A stretch of DNA of 64,000 bases from an uncultured delta proteobacterium (GCA_963743865.1 CAVURG010000006.1:75198-139197), one strand, 5' to 3'. Counted from the stretch's first letter, positions 43,443-56,093 are shown. The notes: generated by a model not told the origin, from the letters alone. Translations and numbers: made by a program.

Positions 43443-45266
43443 GTGCTCAAGATTGCCGTTTGCATCAAACAGATACCGCTCGTCGAGGAAGCCAACTTCG
43501 ACGCCGCCACCAGGACCATCAAGCGCGACGGTCCCAATGTGACGAGCGCGTTCGATCTGCGCGCGATCTCGCTCGCCGTCGAGCTGAAAAATCGCCACGG
43601 CGCCGATACCACCGTCGTCACCATGGGGCCGCCGCAGGCGCGCGACGCGCTGCTGGATGCGCTCGCGATGGGAATGGACCACGCGGTGCATCTGGAAGAC
43701 CGCGCTTTCGCGGGTGCGGATACGCTCGCGACGGCGCGTGCGCTCGCGATTTGGCTGGCGCGCGGAAACTTCGATCTCATTTTGCTCGGCAAGTATTCGC
43801 TCGATGCGGAGACGGGGCAGGTCGGCCCCGAGATCGCGGAACTAATCGGCGCCGCGCAGATAACCGGCGCGCGAAAGCTGGAAATCGACGGCCGCCGGCT
43901 GCGCGCCGAGCGCGAAAGCGACGAAGGATTCGAGGAAATCGAGGCTGCGATGCCCGCGGTCATCACCTGCGCCGAGCGCATCGCGCAGCCGGTCAAGCTG
44001 AAGCCGGGTGCGTCCGAGGAGGCGAAGAGCAAGCCGATCCAATCCGTGCGCGCGGCGGAGCTCGGCGGCGATCCGAAAGAATTCGGACTCGCGGGTTCGC
44101 CGACGTGGGTGCAGGAGGTTCGCGCCGTCGCGACGCCGAAGACCGAATGCAAGTTTATCGACTCGACCGACGCCGAACGCGCTGCGGCCGAGGTGATGTC
44201 GGCGCTCGAAACAATCGGTGCGCTCAACCCGCGCGCGCACAATCGCCGTTCGATCGGATCGGCGCGGCGTGCGAGCAAGCGCAGTCATGACCTGTGGATC
44301 GTGTGCGAGACCGACCTTGAAGGTCGCGTCACGCGCGGCACGCTCGAGCTGCTTTCACGCGGCGACGAACTCGCGTCGCGACTCGGCGGCGCGCTCGTCG
44401 CGGTGGGATTTGGCGGCGCAATCTCGCGACACGCGGAGCTGCTTGCGGGTTTCGGCGCCGACCAGGTGCTGATCGTCGAGCATCCTGCACTGGTTCCGTA
44501 CACCCCCGAGACCGCCGCCGAGGCTGTTGCGAAGCTCGTCTTGACGCACGCGCCGTGGGGAATTTTGATCGGCGCGACCGAGCGCGGGCGCGACTGGGGA
44601 CCCCGGCTGGCCGCGCGCTTAAGCCTGGGGCTCACCGGCGATGCGATCGCTATCGAGCTCGACTCGGAGCATCGGATGGTCGCGCTCAAGCCGGCCTTCG
44701 GCGGCAACATCGTCGCGTCGATCTACTCGAAAACGTTTCCACAGATGGCGACGGTGCGGCCGGGCGTGCTCGAACTCGCGGCGCCATCGCAAGTCAAGGA
44801 TGCCGAGATTTGGATTGCGCGTCCTGAGCTGAGCCCGCCGAAAAGCCGGCTCATAAAGGCGCACTCGATCCTCGACCCTACCATTGCGCCGCTCGAAGGC
44901 GCCGAAGTTGTCGTTGGCATCGGCATGGGAATCGGCGGACCTGACGGGGTCGCGAGGGCCTGCGCATTCGCGCGAGTGCTCGGCGCCGCGATTTGCGCGA
45001 CCCGGCGCGTGACGGACAATGGATGGGTGCCGCGGAATTTGCAGGTTGGCTTAACCGGCAAGTCGATCGATCCGCGCCTGTATATCGCTCTTGGGGTGCG
45101 CGGCGCGCCCAACCATACCTGCGGTCTCAAGCGCGCGGATACGATCGTCGCGATCAACAACGATGCCGACGCGCCGATCTTCGAGCGCGCGAATATAGGG
45201 TTGGTCGCCGATTGGGATAGCGTCCTGCCCGCTTTCCAGGATGCCTTCCAGCGCCGCCTTCGATGA
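43443..45266 (+). CDS. Fused electron transfer flavoprotein beta-alpha
   Basis: VCIKQ..GADTLATA..DAETGQVG (beta) and PAFGG..TVRPG..QVGLTG..AINND.APIF (alpha) in one frame. Confidence 0.9.
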   Translation: MLKIAVCIKQIPLVEEANFDAATRTIKRDGPNVTSAFDLRAISLAVELKNRHGADTTVVTMGPPQARDALLDALAMGMDHAVHLEDRAFAGADTLATARALAIWLARGNFDLILLGKYSLDAETGQVGPEIAELIGAAQITGARKLEIDGRRLRAERESDEGFEEIEAAMPAVITCAERIAQPVKLKPGASEEAKSKPIQSVRAAELGGDPKEFGLAGSPTWVQEVRAVATPKTECKFIDSTDAERAAAEVMSALETIGALNPRAHNRRSIGSARRASKRSHDLWIVCETDLEGRVTRGTLELLSRGDELASRLGGALVAVGFGGAISRHAELLAGFGADQVLIVEHPALVPYTPETAAEAVAKLVLTHAPWGILIGATERGRDWGPRLAARLSLGLTGDAIAIELDSEHRMVALKPAFGGNIVASIYSKTFPQMATVRPGVLELAAPSQVKDAEIWIARPELSPPKSRLIKAHSILDPTIAPLEGAEVVVGIGMGIGGPDGVARACAFARVLGAAICATRRVTDNGWVPRNLQVGLTGKSIDPRLYIALGVRGAPNHTCGLKRADTIVAINNDADAPIFERANIGLVADWDSVLPAFQDAFQRRLR

Positions 45267-45276
45267 TCGACTACAA

Positions 45277-46350
45277 CTACGCGCGGATTTCGTAGAGCGC
45301 CGAAAACATATCCCCGACCGGCAGCCGGCGAAAGTGCTTGAATCCCGCCGCTGCGACCAGCTCGCGCGCCTTTGTTTCGCCCATGCACGCGCCGATTCCC
45401 GCGCCGCCGTGAGCGAGCGACGTCGTCATGCAGTACAGCGTGCTTATCGAATACATCAGCCGCCCCATCGGATTGATATTGTCCTCGAGATTCGACGACA
45501 CGTTTACCTCGACCATCAGGTAAGTGCCGTCGGGTTTGAGCGCGGCTCGAATCGATTTCAGCAGCGCGTCCGGATGGACGGAATCATGCACCACGTCGAA
45601 GGTCGAGATGAAATCGAATTGCGCGGCCGGGAGCCTGGTGCAATCGACGAGGTCAAACTTGATTCTGTCTTCCAGGCCGGCGGCTTTCGCGTTTGCTCGC
45701 GCGCGCTCCACCGAGCCGAGGTGCGCGTCGAAGCCGAAAACCTTCGCTTTGGGAAATGCGGATGCGATCGCGATCGACGCGCGACCGCTGCCACAGCCGA
45801 CGTCCAGCGACGAGCCGCCTTCGTTCAGCTTCGCCACCACCTGCGGCATCGCCGGCAGCCAATTGCGAATCAACTGATTCCGGAATAGCGAGGCTGACGA
45901 ACGCTCCATCGCCTCCCACGTCTCGGGCGGATACTCGCTCTGCGATACGCCGCCCCCATTCTTGAATGACGCCATCACTTTCGGCGCAACCGACACATGA
46001 GGGACGATCATTTCGATCATGCCGCCGGCGAAGAACGGCGAGTCGTCGCGCGCCAGCACCATCGCATGCTCGGCCGGCATCGCGTAGCTCTTCGCCGAGG
46101 CGTCGTAATTCACATATCCGGCCGCCGTCATTGCACTGAGCCATTCGCGCAGATACCGCTCGTTGAGTCCCGTCCGCTCCGCAAGCGCCGCACTGGTGAC
46201 GTCGCCCGCTTGGGCCAGCGCGCTGAAGATTCCGAGCCGATCGCCGATATAGGTCAGCGCACCGAGCATCGCGGCGCCGATATCAATCGATACCTGCATC
46301 CAGAATTGCCTGATCTTGTCCCAATCGAGCTGCTGCTTTTCGTCGGCCAT
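45277..46350 (-). CDS. SAM-dependent methyltransferase with N-terminal winged helix (Rv2258c-like)
   Basis: GDRLG, ERYLREWL, LDVGCGSG, FDVVHD, STLYCMTTSL. Confidence 0.88.
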   Translation of the reverse strand: MADEKQQLDWDKIRQFWMQVSIDIGAAMLGALTYIGDRLGIFSALAQAGDVTSAALAERTGLNERYLREWLSAMTAAGYVNYDASAKSYAMPAEHAMVLARDDSPFFAGGMIEMIVPHVSVAPKVMASFKNGGGVSQSEYPPETWEAMERSSASLFRNQLIRNWLPAMPQVVAKLNEGGSSLDVGCGSGRASIAIASAFPKAKVFGFDAHLGSVERARANAKAAGLEDRIKFDLVDCTRLPAAQFDFISTFDVVHDSVHPDALLKSIRAALKPDGTYLMVEVNVSSNLEDNINPMGRLMYSISTLYCMTTSLAHGGAGIGACMGETKARELVAAAGFKHFRRLPVGDMFSALYEIRA

Positions 46351-46431
46351 CGTTTCCCTCCGCAGAGGGGGCAGTATCTATCAATTCACGCATCGGCGGC
46401 TAGGCTTTCCAGACCTGGGCCTTTGACCCCA

Positions 46432-48768
46432 CTACTTTTCGGGCGCCGCCTTCTCTTTTTCGGGCTTCGCTTGCGGGGCGGCGAACATCGAGAGCTGAGC
46501 CGGCTTGCCCTCGTCTTCCGCGGCCGGCGCGAACAGGCCGGGCTGTTCGACGAATACCTGGAATTTTTCAAAAAGGTCGGCCAGCTTGGCCTGGTAGTAC
46601 TCGACGTTTTCGTCGGGATTGTCCGGGTCGTACTCCGCCGCCATCTTCGCGGACGCGTTCACCGCCGCACGCGCGCCGCGCCCGGTGACGTAGTATGAAA
46701 TTTGATCGCCGGCGAGGTACGGCCGCTCGGCCTTGAGCGCAAGCTCGTATGCTGCCGCGGGATTGCGGCTGCTGTCACTGATCTTTTTGCGATAAGTGTC
46801 GAGCGACTCCTGGATCGTTTCGGTCTTCATCAGATCGGCGATTCCTATTTCGTGGCGGGCCAGCCGCGCGCGATAGTCGCCGTGGAGTTTCACAATTTCG
46901 CCGCACCGATCCTCCAGCAGCATGCGGAACATCTCCTCCATGAAGCGGCGCTGGAAGCGTTCGAGTCCCCGCGAGCGCAGCCCCGAGCCGCGAATGGTCA
47001 TTTTTCCCGCCTCGTCCAGCAGGACGTAATTTTTCATTTTGTAGGAGAACATCGCGCGGTAACGGCCGTCGATTTCCAGCCGGATTCCCTCGGGCATAAT
47101 CGACCCGACCTGCTCCAGGAGCCTGTCTGCGCCTTCCCGGCTTCCAGCGTCGGGGGGCGGCACGAAATAAATTCCGTCGGTATCGACCTCGATAACCTGC
47201 GCGCCGTGCTCCTCGAGTTTCGCCACTGCGCGCTGAATCAGATCGCGTCCCCGCTTGGTTACAGCGTTGGCCGCGCCAAAGTCATTGAAATGGCCGAGCG
47301 AAAAACCCAGGTAGCCGTAAAATGAATTGATGAGAATCTTGAACGTCTGCTGGAGCGCGTCGGCGTTGCGCCGCTCGGCGCCCTTGAGTTCGCGCGCGAG
47401 CGCCTTGGCCTGCACCCGGAAGCTGCGCAGATCGCCGAGCATCTTGAGGAACACGCCCAGGCGGTCAGTGGCCGGCGCATGCCGATATTGCAGCATCAAC
47501 GACGGATACAGCGACGTCACGTCGCAGTGCAGGACGCCGTGGGCGACCCCGCATCGGCGAACCTCGGTGTAACCGCCCGCGACCGGGCTCGGCGGCGACG
47601 GCTCCGGAATGGAGTGCCCCGCCGCCAGGTAAGCGCGCATCATGAGCGCGTCAATCTTGGTCGCATTGCCGCGCAGCACCGCGCTCTGGTACGAGTACGG
47701 GAATATCTGCGCTTGCACGAAGTAGCTGGGAGAGAGGGTCTCGGCCAGCGCGCGCGTCTCACGCGCATCGTCGAGCGCGTACTCGTAGAGCTTTTCCGGT
47801 TCGTGCTCGAAGTAGTGGCTGATTTTCGACGCGTCGATATACACGCGATCCTTGCGCGCCAGCCCGAAGTGTTGCGCAAGCTGCTTCAGCCCCAGGCTCT
47901 CCAGTTCGCGGCTCGAGATGTCGTAGTGCTGCGCGAGGATCCACGTATCTATGATGCTGCGGCCCGGGATGTCGTAGCGGCGGTAGGCGATCGATCGTTC
48001 CGCAATCTGCATCCGCGACGGGCGGGCGCGAAGCTCGCCGCCATCGCGCCCCAGCTTGAGTTTCATTTTGTGGCGGCGCGCCCGCGTCTCCAGGTATTCG
48101 AGATCGAATCGAAACAGATTGTGGCCCTCGACGACGTCGGGGTCGCGCTCCTGGACGATTCGCACCATCTCGTCGAGCATCGCGCGCTCGTCCATCTCGG
48201 TGCCCCTGAGCAAGCGCTCGAAGCCGGTCGAGTCGGTGAGCGAAATCGCGATAACCCGATCGCCCGCGCGCGCCGCCGACGGAAATTCAAAGCCGGGCGA
48301 GATATAGGTCTCGATATCGAGCTGGAGGCGGCGCAGCTCGCTGAAATCCATCCCGATGAAAAACGTGGTCCCGCTCAGCATCAGATGTTGCTCGACCGGA
48401 TCGGCCAGCACCAGATACGGCGCGTCGGGCGCGTTAGGCGCCTTGCCGGTTGCGCTCCTGAGATGACGCCTGGCGGCTTCCAGCGCGTCGAGCGAGCCAA
48501 AGGTGACGAGCATCCGGTAACGGAAATCGCCGTCGAGCGCGCGCGTCTCATGCGCGGGCCTGAAACCTTCGAGCAGGGCAATATCCTCGACCAGCGCAAA
48601 CAGCCGAATCGGACGGCGCTCGCGCGCAAGCTCGCCCGACCGGCGCCGGTAAACGTCGATCTCGGTCTTCGATGCGGTCTCGACCGCGACCACGCCCGGC
48701 TCGGCGGGATCGCCGAACAGCAGGCGGTTGCCGTAAAACTGCGCCGAAATCTCCTGGTAAGTAGTCAT
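46432..48768 (-). CDS. Family B DNA polymerase with 3'-5' exonuclease domain
   Basis: DIET, GHNLFRFD, YALDD; DVTSLYPS, KILINSFYG, DTDG. Confidence 0.92.
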   Translation of the reverse strand: MTTYQEISAQFYGNRLLFGDPAEPGVVAVETASKTEIDVYRRRSGELARERRPIRLFALVEDIALLEGFRPAHETRALDGDFRYRMLVTFGSLDALEAARRHLRSATGKAPNAPDAPYLVLADPVEQHLMLSGTTFFIGMDFSELRRLQLDIETYISPGFEFPSAARAGDRVIAISLTDSTGFERLLRGTEMDERAMLDEMVRIVQERDPDVVEGHNLFRFDLEYLETRARRHKMKLKLGRDGGELRARPSRMQIAERSIAYRRYDIPGRSIIDTWILAQHYDISSRELESLGLKQLAQHFGLARKDRVYIDASKISHYFEHEPEKLYEYALDDARETRALAETLSPSYFVQAQIFPYSYQSAVLRGNATKIDALMMRAYLAAGHSIPEPSPPSPVAGGYTEVRRCGVAHGVLHCDVTSLYPSLMLQYRHAPATDRLGVFLKMLGDLRSFRVQAKALARELKGAERRNADALQQTFKILINSFYGYLGFSLGHFNDFGAANAVTKRGRDLIQRAVAKLEEHGAQVIEVDTDGIYFVPPPDAGSREGADRLLEQVGSIMPEGIRLEIDGRYRAMFSYKMKNYVLLDEAGKMTIRGSGLRSRGLERFQRRFMEEMFRMLLEDRCGEIVKLHGDYRARLARHEIGIADLMKTETIQESLDTYRKKISDSSRNPAAAYELALKAERPYLAGDQISYYVTGRGARAAVNASAKMAAEYDPDNPDENVEYYQAKLADLFEKFQVFVEQPGLFAPAAEDEGKPAQLSMFAAPQAKPEKEKAAPEK

Positions 48769-48835
48769 CGCGACCCGCGTCCCTCGATTGTGCACCCGCA
48801 AGCTCTCGTGGGACAACGCGCCCCCGCGCGTGGAT

Positions 48836-49855
48836 TCAGAACGCGCCGAGGTACCAGACGCCAATCAGAAAGATCGCGTATGCGGCTCCGCCGATCATCA
48901 GCGTCGGAGTTCCGAGTTCCGAGTCGCGCAAGTTGATGTACAGAATCGCTGCCGAAGCGAGCGCGATCGATCCCGCGAGCAGTTCGGGGCTGGTCAGATG
49001 CCACGGCGAAAACGCGAGCCCAAGTGCAACCGGAATGCACGACTGGAAGACCATTGCGCCCGTGATGTTGGCGAGCGCGAGATGGTCCTTGCCCTGCCGA
49101 ATCCAGACAACGGAGTTGTATTTCTCGGGCAGTTCGGTCGCGAGCGGGCTCAACATGAGCGAGAGCACGCCGGGATTGAGATGCACATGGGCTGAGAACA
49201 CGACGATCTGATCGACGAACTCGACTGCACCGATCAGAATCGCCAGTACGCCCACGATTACCTGCGCGGCCGTCGCCGATGCGCGCGGATCGAGCGGATT
49301 TCCGCGCAAAATCGACTCGAAATAGAGTCCGTGCTCGAGTTGCGCGCCGGCCACGCGCCTGAGCCGCAGCATCACAACCGCGTAGCTCGCGTACACTATC
49401 AACAATGCCAGTGCGAGGAGGTGGCGAAGTACCGCGCCCATCTCGACTGTGCCTGCGATCATCAGGCACAAAAAAACCGGCAAGAAGAATGCGAGATCCC
49501 GGCGCGCGTCCTCGCTTACCACTTTCAGCGCAATCCGTCCCCGGCGCCGGCGAAATGCGAGCGCCGCAACGCCCATCACGAACATCGCCACCGTGGACAG
49601 CATCAGCGGTGCGCCGACAATCGCGCCAAGTCCGACCGCGGTATGCGCCGCCGCGGCGGAGTCGCGGCCGGTCAACAGCGCGACCGCCGGGATGAAGGTC
49701 TCCGGCAGCGCGGTCCCGACCGCGGCGAGCAAGCTCCCGACCGCGGCCTCAGCAACATTCAATCGATGCCCCGCCCATTCGACCCCATTGGTAAAAAGTT
49801 CCGAGCCGGCGAGGATTATCGCGAAGCTAAGCGTCAGAATTATCGCGTGGATTGC
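48836..49855 (-). CDS. CaCA-family Na+/Ca2+ antiporter (start uncertain)
   Basis: GTALPE and ATELPE alpha repeats; many TM segments. Confidence 0.87.
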   Translation of the reverse strand, partial: AIHAIILTLSFAIILAGSELFTNGVEWAGHRLNVAEAAVGSLLAAVGTALPETFIPAVALLTGRDSAAAAHTAVGLGAIVGAPLMLSTVAMFVMGVAALAFRRRRGRIALKVVSEDARRDLAFFLPVFLCLMIAGTVEMGAVLRHLLALALLIVYASYAVVMLRLRRVAGAQLEHGLYFESILRGNPLDPRASATAAQVIVGVLAILIGAVEFVDQIVVFSAHVHLNPGVLSLMLSPLATELPEKYNSVVWIRQGKDHLALANITGAMVFQSCIPVALGLAFSPWHLTSPELLAGSIALASAAILYINLRDSELGTPTLMIGGAAYAIFLIGVWYLGAF

Positions 49856-50101
49856 CAAAATTTTGCTCAAAGCGAGGCGCAGCAGCGTCGAGAATAGAGA
49901 GGCCCGCTCGCAATTTCCAGCGCGCACTCATTTTCCGGCATTTCGGCTCGAGTCAGAGGAAAAGATCGGCCGCAATGCAGCCAAACCGGCAAACGATGCG
50001 TATAATGTAGGTAGCGGTCGGCGGCGAGCGCGAATTCGCGACAGGGCCGCGTGGCGGAGCGTGATTCGCCCAATGATCGCGCGGGCGAGGCGACGGGTAA
50101 G

Positions 50102-50130
50102 TTGACTCTGAGCGTAGCGATCCTTAGACT
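50102..50130 (+). promoter_or_regulatory. Candidate sigma70 promoter for rpoD
   Basis: TTGACT-17 nt-TAGACT. Confidence 0.55.
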
Positions 50131-50286
50131 TGATTTTTTAGCGTGGCTCACTTGCCTTTGTATTCTCGTCTGTATAAATGAGGCTACTTGATTCCCGGCT
50201 CGCGGTCGCAATGACGGCCGCATTGCGCGCCGATTTTCACCGATCGCATCGACGGCCAACGCCCGCGCAAAACGGAAGCAAAACGA

Positions 50287-52050
<1,764 letters not shown>

Positions 52051-52078
52051 CGCCCCCATAATTTCAACAATGCGAGTT

Positions 52079-52115
52079 AAGGGCTCGGATGCGATCGCAT
52101 CCGGGCCCTTTTTTT
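52079..52115 (+). terminator. Intrinsic terminator after rpoD
   Basis: AAGGGCTCGGATGCG-AT-CGCATCCGGGCCCTT stem followed by a T run. Confidence 0.85.
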
Positions 52116-52250
52116 GCCCGCTTGTTGCGCTTACAAGCGTTGTGTACAGCCCGTGTTGGCGGCGAATTCCGTCCCCGATCGATCGCGCCGATCTGTGCGC
52201 CGTGATAACAACTTGATATCCAGATTCCGCAACTGCATGGGAGCAATGAC

Positions 52251-53570
52251 ATGGCGGCAGATCTCGCGCAGATTCGGACGGTCGTCGTACTGATGATGGA
52301 GAACCGCTCCTTCGATCACATGCTGGGCTACCTGCGATTGCCCGCGTACGGCGGAAATACGAACGTAGATGGCGTGCGCGACGATCAGAACTGGCTGAAT
52401 GCGGTCGCCAACCAGTGGCAGGGCGTAGCGTATCAGCCCGGGCCGCTGCTGGAAGCGCGCATCCCCGATCCGCCGCACGAGCGAGTCAACATCCAGCTTC
52501 AGATGGGCGGTGCGGATGCGTCGGGAAAATTTCCGCTCAACGGCTTCGTCGCGAGTGCTAGCGGCGACTCCGAGGTAATGCGCTATCAGACGCCGGATAA
52601 GGTTTCGATTCTGGATTTTTTCGCGCGCAACTTCCGCATTTGCGACCATTGGTTCTCGCCGCTGCCCGCGAGCACGCAGCCAAACCGTCTGATGGCGATG
52701 GCGGGATATTCGCTGATTGACGGCAACGTGAAGGTCCTCCCGAATCATGTGCTCGCTTACGACTGGTTGAACGCGCATGGGGTAAGTTGGCGTGTGTATC
52801 ACCAGGGATTCTTCCCGTTCTTCAGCATCATGCCGCGATGGCTCCCTGAAATCGCGACCAGTGACAAATTCCGCGAGTTCGGCCGGTTTGCAACCGACAT
52901 GGAACTGGAAAGCGACGACACCTTTCCGCAGGTGATTTTCATCGAACCCATCTACACCGACGCGCCTCACGCTGAGGCAGAAGGAACGGACGATCATTCA
53001 CCGTCGTCGGTCACGGGGGGACAACGCCTGATGCTGGACGTGTACCGCGCGCTGCTGCGGAGCCGCCACTGGAACAACTCGATGCTGATCATCACGTATG
53101 ATGAGCACGGCGGCTTCTTCGATCACGTGCAGCCGCTGCAAGTTGAAACCGTAGCGACGGCAGAGCGCTACCCGTTCTTCCCGACGACTGGAATTCGGGT
53201 GCCGGCGGCAGTCGTATCACCGTTCGTTTCTGCCGGTTCGGTATGCAACGCAGCCTTTGACCACACCTCGATTCTCAGATTTCTCGGTCAAAAATTCGGT
53301 ATGGGCGGCGGCTACTCGCCAGAGGTTGACAAGCGCGCGCTTGTCGGCAGCGTCGGCGATATCCTCGATTTGGCCGCACCGCGACCCGACCGGCCTGCGC
53401 CGCCGGATCCAACCGTGATCGTCGCGCCGCCGGCGACGCTCCCGGCGCCATTGCCGCCGAGCAATGAAAACGTTGAGGCGTTCAAGCAAGTGTCGCAGCA
53501 AATGAAGGACAACTATGCTCATCAGCTCGCGACTAAATTCCCGGCGAGCCGCCGAGTCCTGGCGTTTTAG
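52251..53570 (+). CDS. Phosphoesterase (phospholipase C / acid phosphatase family)
   Basis: MENRSFDH, STQPNR, DDH, TYDEHGGFFDHV, GIRVP, DHTS. Confidence 0.9.
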   Translation: MAADLAQIRTVVVLMMENRSFDHMLGYLRLPAYGGNTNVDGVRDDQNWLNAVANQWQGVAYQPGPLLEARIPDPPHERVNIQLQMGGADASGKFPLNGFVASASGDSEVMRYQTPDKVSILDFFARNFRICDHWFSPLPASTQPNRLMAMAGYSLIDGNVKVLPNHVLAYDWLNAHGVSWRVYHQGFFPFFSIMPRWLPEIATSDKFREFGRFATDMELESDDTFPQVIFIEPIYTDAPHAEAEGTDDHSPSSVTGGQRLMLDVYRALLRSRHWNNSMLIITYDEHGGFFDHVQPLQVETVATAERYPFFPTTGIRVPAAVVSPFVSAGSVCNAAFDHTSILRFLGQKFGMGGGYSPEVDKRALVGSVGDILDLAAPRPDRPAPPDPTVIVAPPATLPAPLPPSNENVEAFKQVSQQMKDNYAHQLATKFPASRRVLAF

Positions 53571-53723
53571 ATCGCTACCGGCGAAGTGCGATCGCGGCGG
53601 ATTGAATTTCTCCATGAGGGTCTGATTTAAGAGTCTGTTACAGGCGCCTTCGCCCCGGTTTCCGGCTTTCGTTTTTCGTGCTTCACTCTTTGCCGCCGGC
53701 CGCATGGTCCTGATGGAGCGCAA

Positions 53724-55829
53724 ATGAACGAGCAAGTTACCCGCCAAATTCTCTGGAACATCCCCGTTGCGTTCATCGTGCTGATGTACGCCCTGCTCGG
53801 GCTGCTGATCGCCGGGTTCATTTACGCCGGGGTCAGGTGGTATCGGCTGGTGAGGCTCGGCGTGTCCGACGATCGCCTCGATCATCCAGTCGAGCGCGCG
53901 CTGCTGGCGCTGCGCGATTCGTTGGGCCAGGGCAACGTGATTCGCGAGACGTGGGGATGGATGCATTACGCGTTCTACGTCGCCTTCGTCGGCCTGTTCA
54001 TCGGCACGACGATCGTGGTGATCAACAGCGACGTGCGCGATCTGTTCGATCTGTTCGGCCTCGACCTCTACTTCTTCTACGGCGATTTCTATCTCTACTT
54101 CAAAGTTGCGATGGACACCTTCTTCATTCTGCTGATCCTCGGCGTGCTGATGGAGGGTGTGCGGCGCGCGGTGCGCAAACCCAGCGTGCTCAATGAGCCG
54201 CCTGCGGAGAAAGTCCGGGACAATCTCGAGAACCGGCTCGGCTACTGGTTCCCGATGTCGATGATGGTGCTGGCCGCGGTCACGGGCCTGATGCTCGAGG
54301 GCGCGCGGATCAACGCGGCGCATCCGGCGTTCACCGAATGGGCATACGTCGGACGGGTGGTGGGCCGGATCGAGGGCGCGCTCGGCGCCGGCGCCACTTA
54401 CCATCGATGGCTGTGGCTGGTGCACGTGCTGTTCGTGTACGCGCTGCTGTTCTGCTTTCCGTTCACCAAGCTGCGTCATTTGATCTTCGGCCCGCTGAAT
54501 CTGTTCCTGCGCAACCTCGGTCCGCGCGGACGACTGGCGCCGATCAAGGATTTCGAAACCGCCGAGACCTTCGGCGTCTCGCAGGTCGAGCAGTACACCT
54601 GGAAGCAAATCCTCGACATGGGAGCGTGCCTCGAGTGCGGCCGCTGCACGATCAACTGCCCCACCGTCAATACCGGCAAAACGCTGAATCCCAAGTTTTT
54701 GGTGATCGAACAGCGTGAGCATCTGCTCGACAAGGCGCCCTTTCTGCTCGCGGCGAAGGCAATCGGCAAGCAGGGCGGCGGCGCCGAAGCGCCCGCATGG
54801 AACGGCCCCGACATGATCACGCAGGTCGCGACCGAAGAAGCGGTGTGGGCATGCACGACGTGCGGATGGTGCGAAGAGGGATGCCCGGTCGGCATCGAGC
54901 ACATCCAAAGAATCGTCGATATGCGGCGCTACGACGTGCTGATGGAGTCGAGGTTCCCGACCGAACTGACGGGAGCCTTCAAGGGAATCGAGAACCAGGG
55001 AAACCCGTGGGGCCTTGCCCGGGAAAAGCGCGCCGAATGGGCGGATGGACTTGAAATTCCCGAGATCGCCGCGCTCGACGATCCCTCAGAGATCGACGTG
55101 CTGTATTGGGTGGGGTGCGCGGGCTCGTACGACGAACGCATCCAGCGCGTAAGCAAGTCGTTCGCGGCCTTGATGAAACAGGCCGGCGTCAAGTTTGCGA
55201 TCCTCGGGCGCGAGGAGATCTGCACCGGCGACCCGGCCCGGCGCCTGGGCAACGAATACCTGTACGCTACCGTCGCGGCGCAGAACGTCGAGACGCTCAA
55301 TCGCTACAAGCCGCGGCGAATAGTCACTCAATGCCCGCATTGCTATCACAACCTGAAGAATGAGTATCCAGACTTCGGCGGCAACTATACGGTCGTGCAT
55401 GAAGCCGAGTTTATCGACGAACTAATCCAGGCCGGACGTTTGAAGCCCCGCGGCGAGATCAACCAGCGCATCACCTATCACGACCCGTGCTACATGGCGC
55501 GACACAATCGCAAATGGGACGGCGCACGAAGCGCGCTCGGCGCGATCCCCGGCGCCGAGGTGGCCGAGGTCGAACAGTCCAGGAATCGCACCTTCTGCTG
55601 CGGCGCGGGCGGCGGATGCTTCTGGAAGGAGGAACACGAGGGCACGCGGATCAATGAGAAGCGCTTCGATCAATTGAACGAGGCCAAGCCCGAGTGCATC
55701 GCGGTGGGATGCCCGTTCTGCATGACGATGCTCGAAGACGCGGTGAAGTCGCGCTCGCTCGAAGAGACCATGCGGGTGCGCGATCTCGCGGAACTGGTCG
55801 CCGAATCCACCGGCGCAAACACCAAGTGA
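53724..55829 (+). CDS. Membrane Fe-S oxidoreductase (FadF/heterodisulfide reductase-like)
   Basis: TM domain with FPFTKLRH; CLECGRC..CP and CTTCGWC..CP; CCG domains (YHDPC, CCGAGGG, CPFC). Confidence 0.9.
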   Translation: MNEQVTRQILWNIPVAFIVLMYALLGLLIAGFIYAGVRWYRLVRLGVSDDRLDHPVERALLALRDSLGQGNVIRETWGWMHYAFYVAFVGLFIGTTIVVINSDVRDLFDLFGLDLYFFYGDFYLYFKVAMDTFFILLILGVLMEGVRRAVRKPSVLNEPPAEKVRDNLENRLGYWFPMSMMVLAAVTGLMLEGARINAAHPAFTEWAYVGRVVGRIEGALGAGATYHRWLWLVHVLFVYALLFCFPFTKLRHLIFGPLNLFLRNLGPRGRLAPIKDFETAETFGVSQVEQYTWKQILDMGACLECGRCTINCPTVNTGKTLNPKFLVIEQREHLLDKAPFLLAAKAIGKQGGGAEAPAWNGPDMITQVATEEAVWACTTCGWCEEGCPVGIEHIQRIVDMRRYDVLMESRFPTELTGAFKGIENQGNPWGLAREKRAEWADGLEIPEIAALDDPSEIDVLYWVGCAGSYDERIQRVSKSFAALMKQAGVKFAILGREEICTGDPARRLGNEYLYATVAAQNVETLNRYKPRRIVTQCPHCYHNLKNEYPDFGGNYTVVHEAEFIDELIQAGRLKPRGEINQRITYHDPCYMARHNRKWDGARSALGAIPGAEVAEVEQSRNRTFCCGAGGGCFWKEEHEGTRINEKRFDQLNEAKPECIAVGCPFCMTMLEDAVKSRSLEETMRVRDLAELVAESTGANTK

Positions 55830-55874
55830 ATAGCGCCATGCTATGATGCCGAACGAGTCGCATGAGGCAGAACA

Positions 55875-56093
55875 ATGAAACTGACTGCGGTATTCAAGAA
55901 GGTGCGCGGGGGATATGTCGGATTTGTCGAGGAACTTCCCGGGGCAAACACCCAAGGGCGTACGCTGGGTGAGGCTCGGGCAAATCTGAAGGAAGCAGTC
56001 GCTCTGGTACTGGCGGCGAATCGTACTCTGGCGGAAGAATCCGTCGGAAGAGAAGAGGTCATCCGGGAGCCGTTTGAACTCGACGTTTCATGA
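55875..56093 (+). CDS. hicB: HicB-family antitoxin (short form)
   Basis: GYVGFVEELPGANTQGRTLGEARANLKEA. Confidence 0.88.
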   Translation: MKLTAVFKKVRGGYVGFVEELPGANTQGRTLGEARANLKEAVALVLAANRTLAEESVGREEVIREPFELDVS

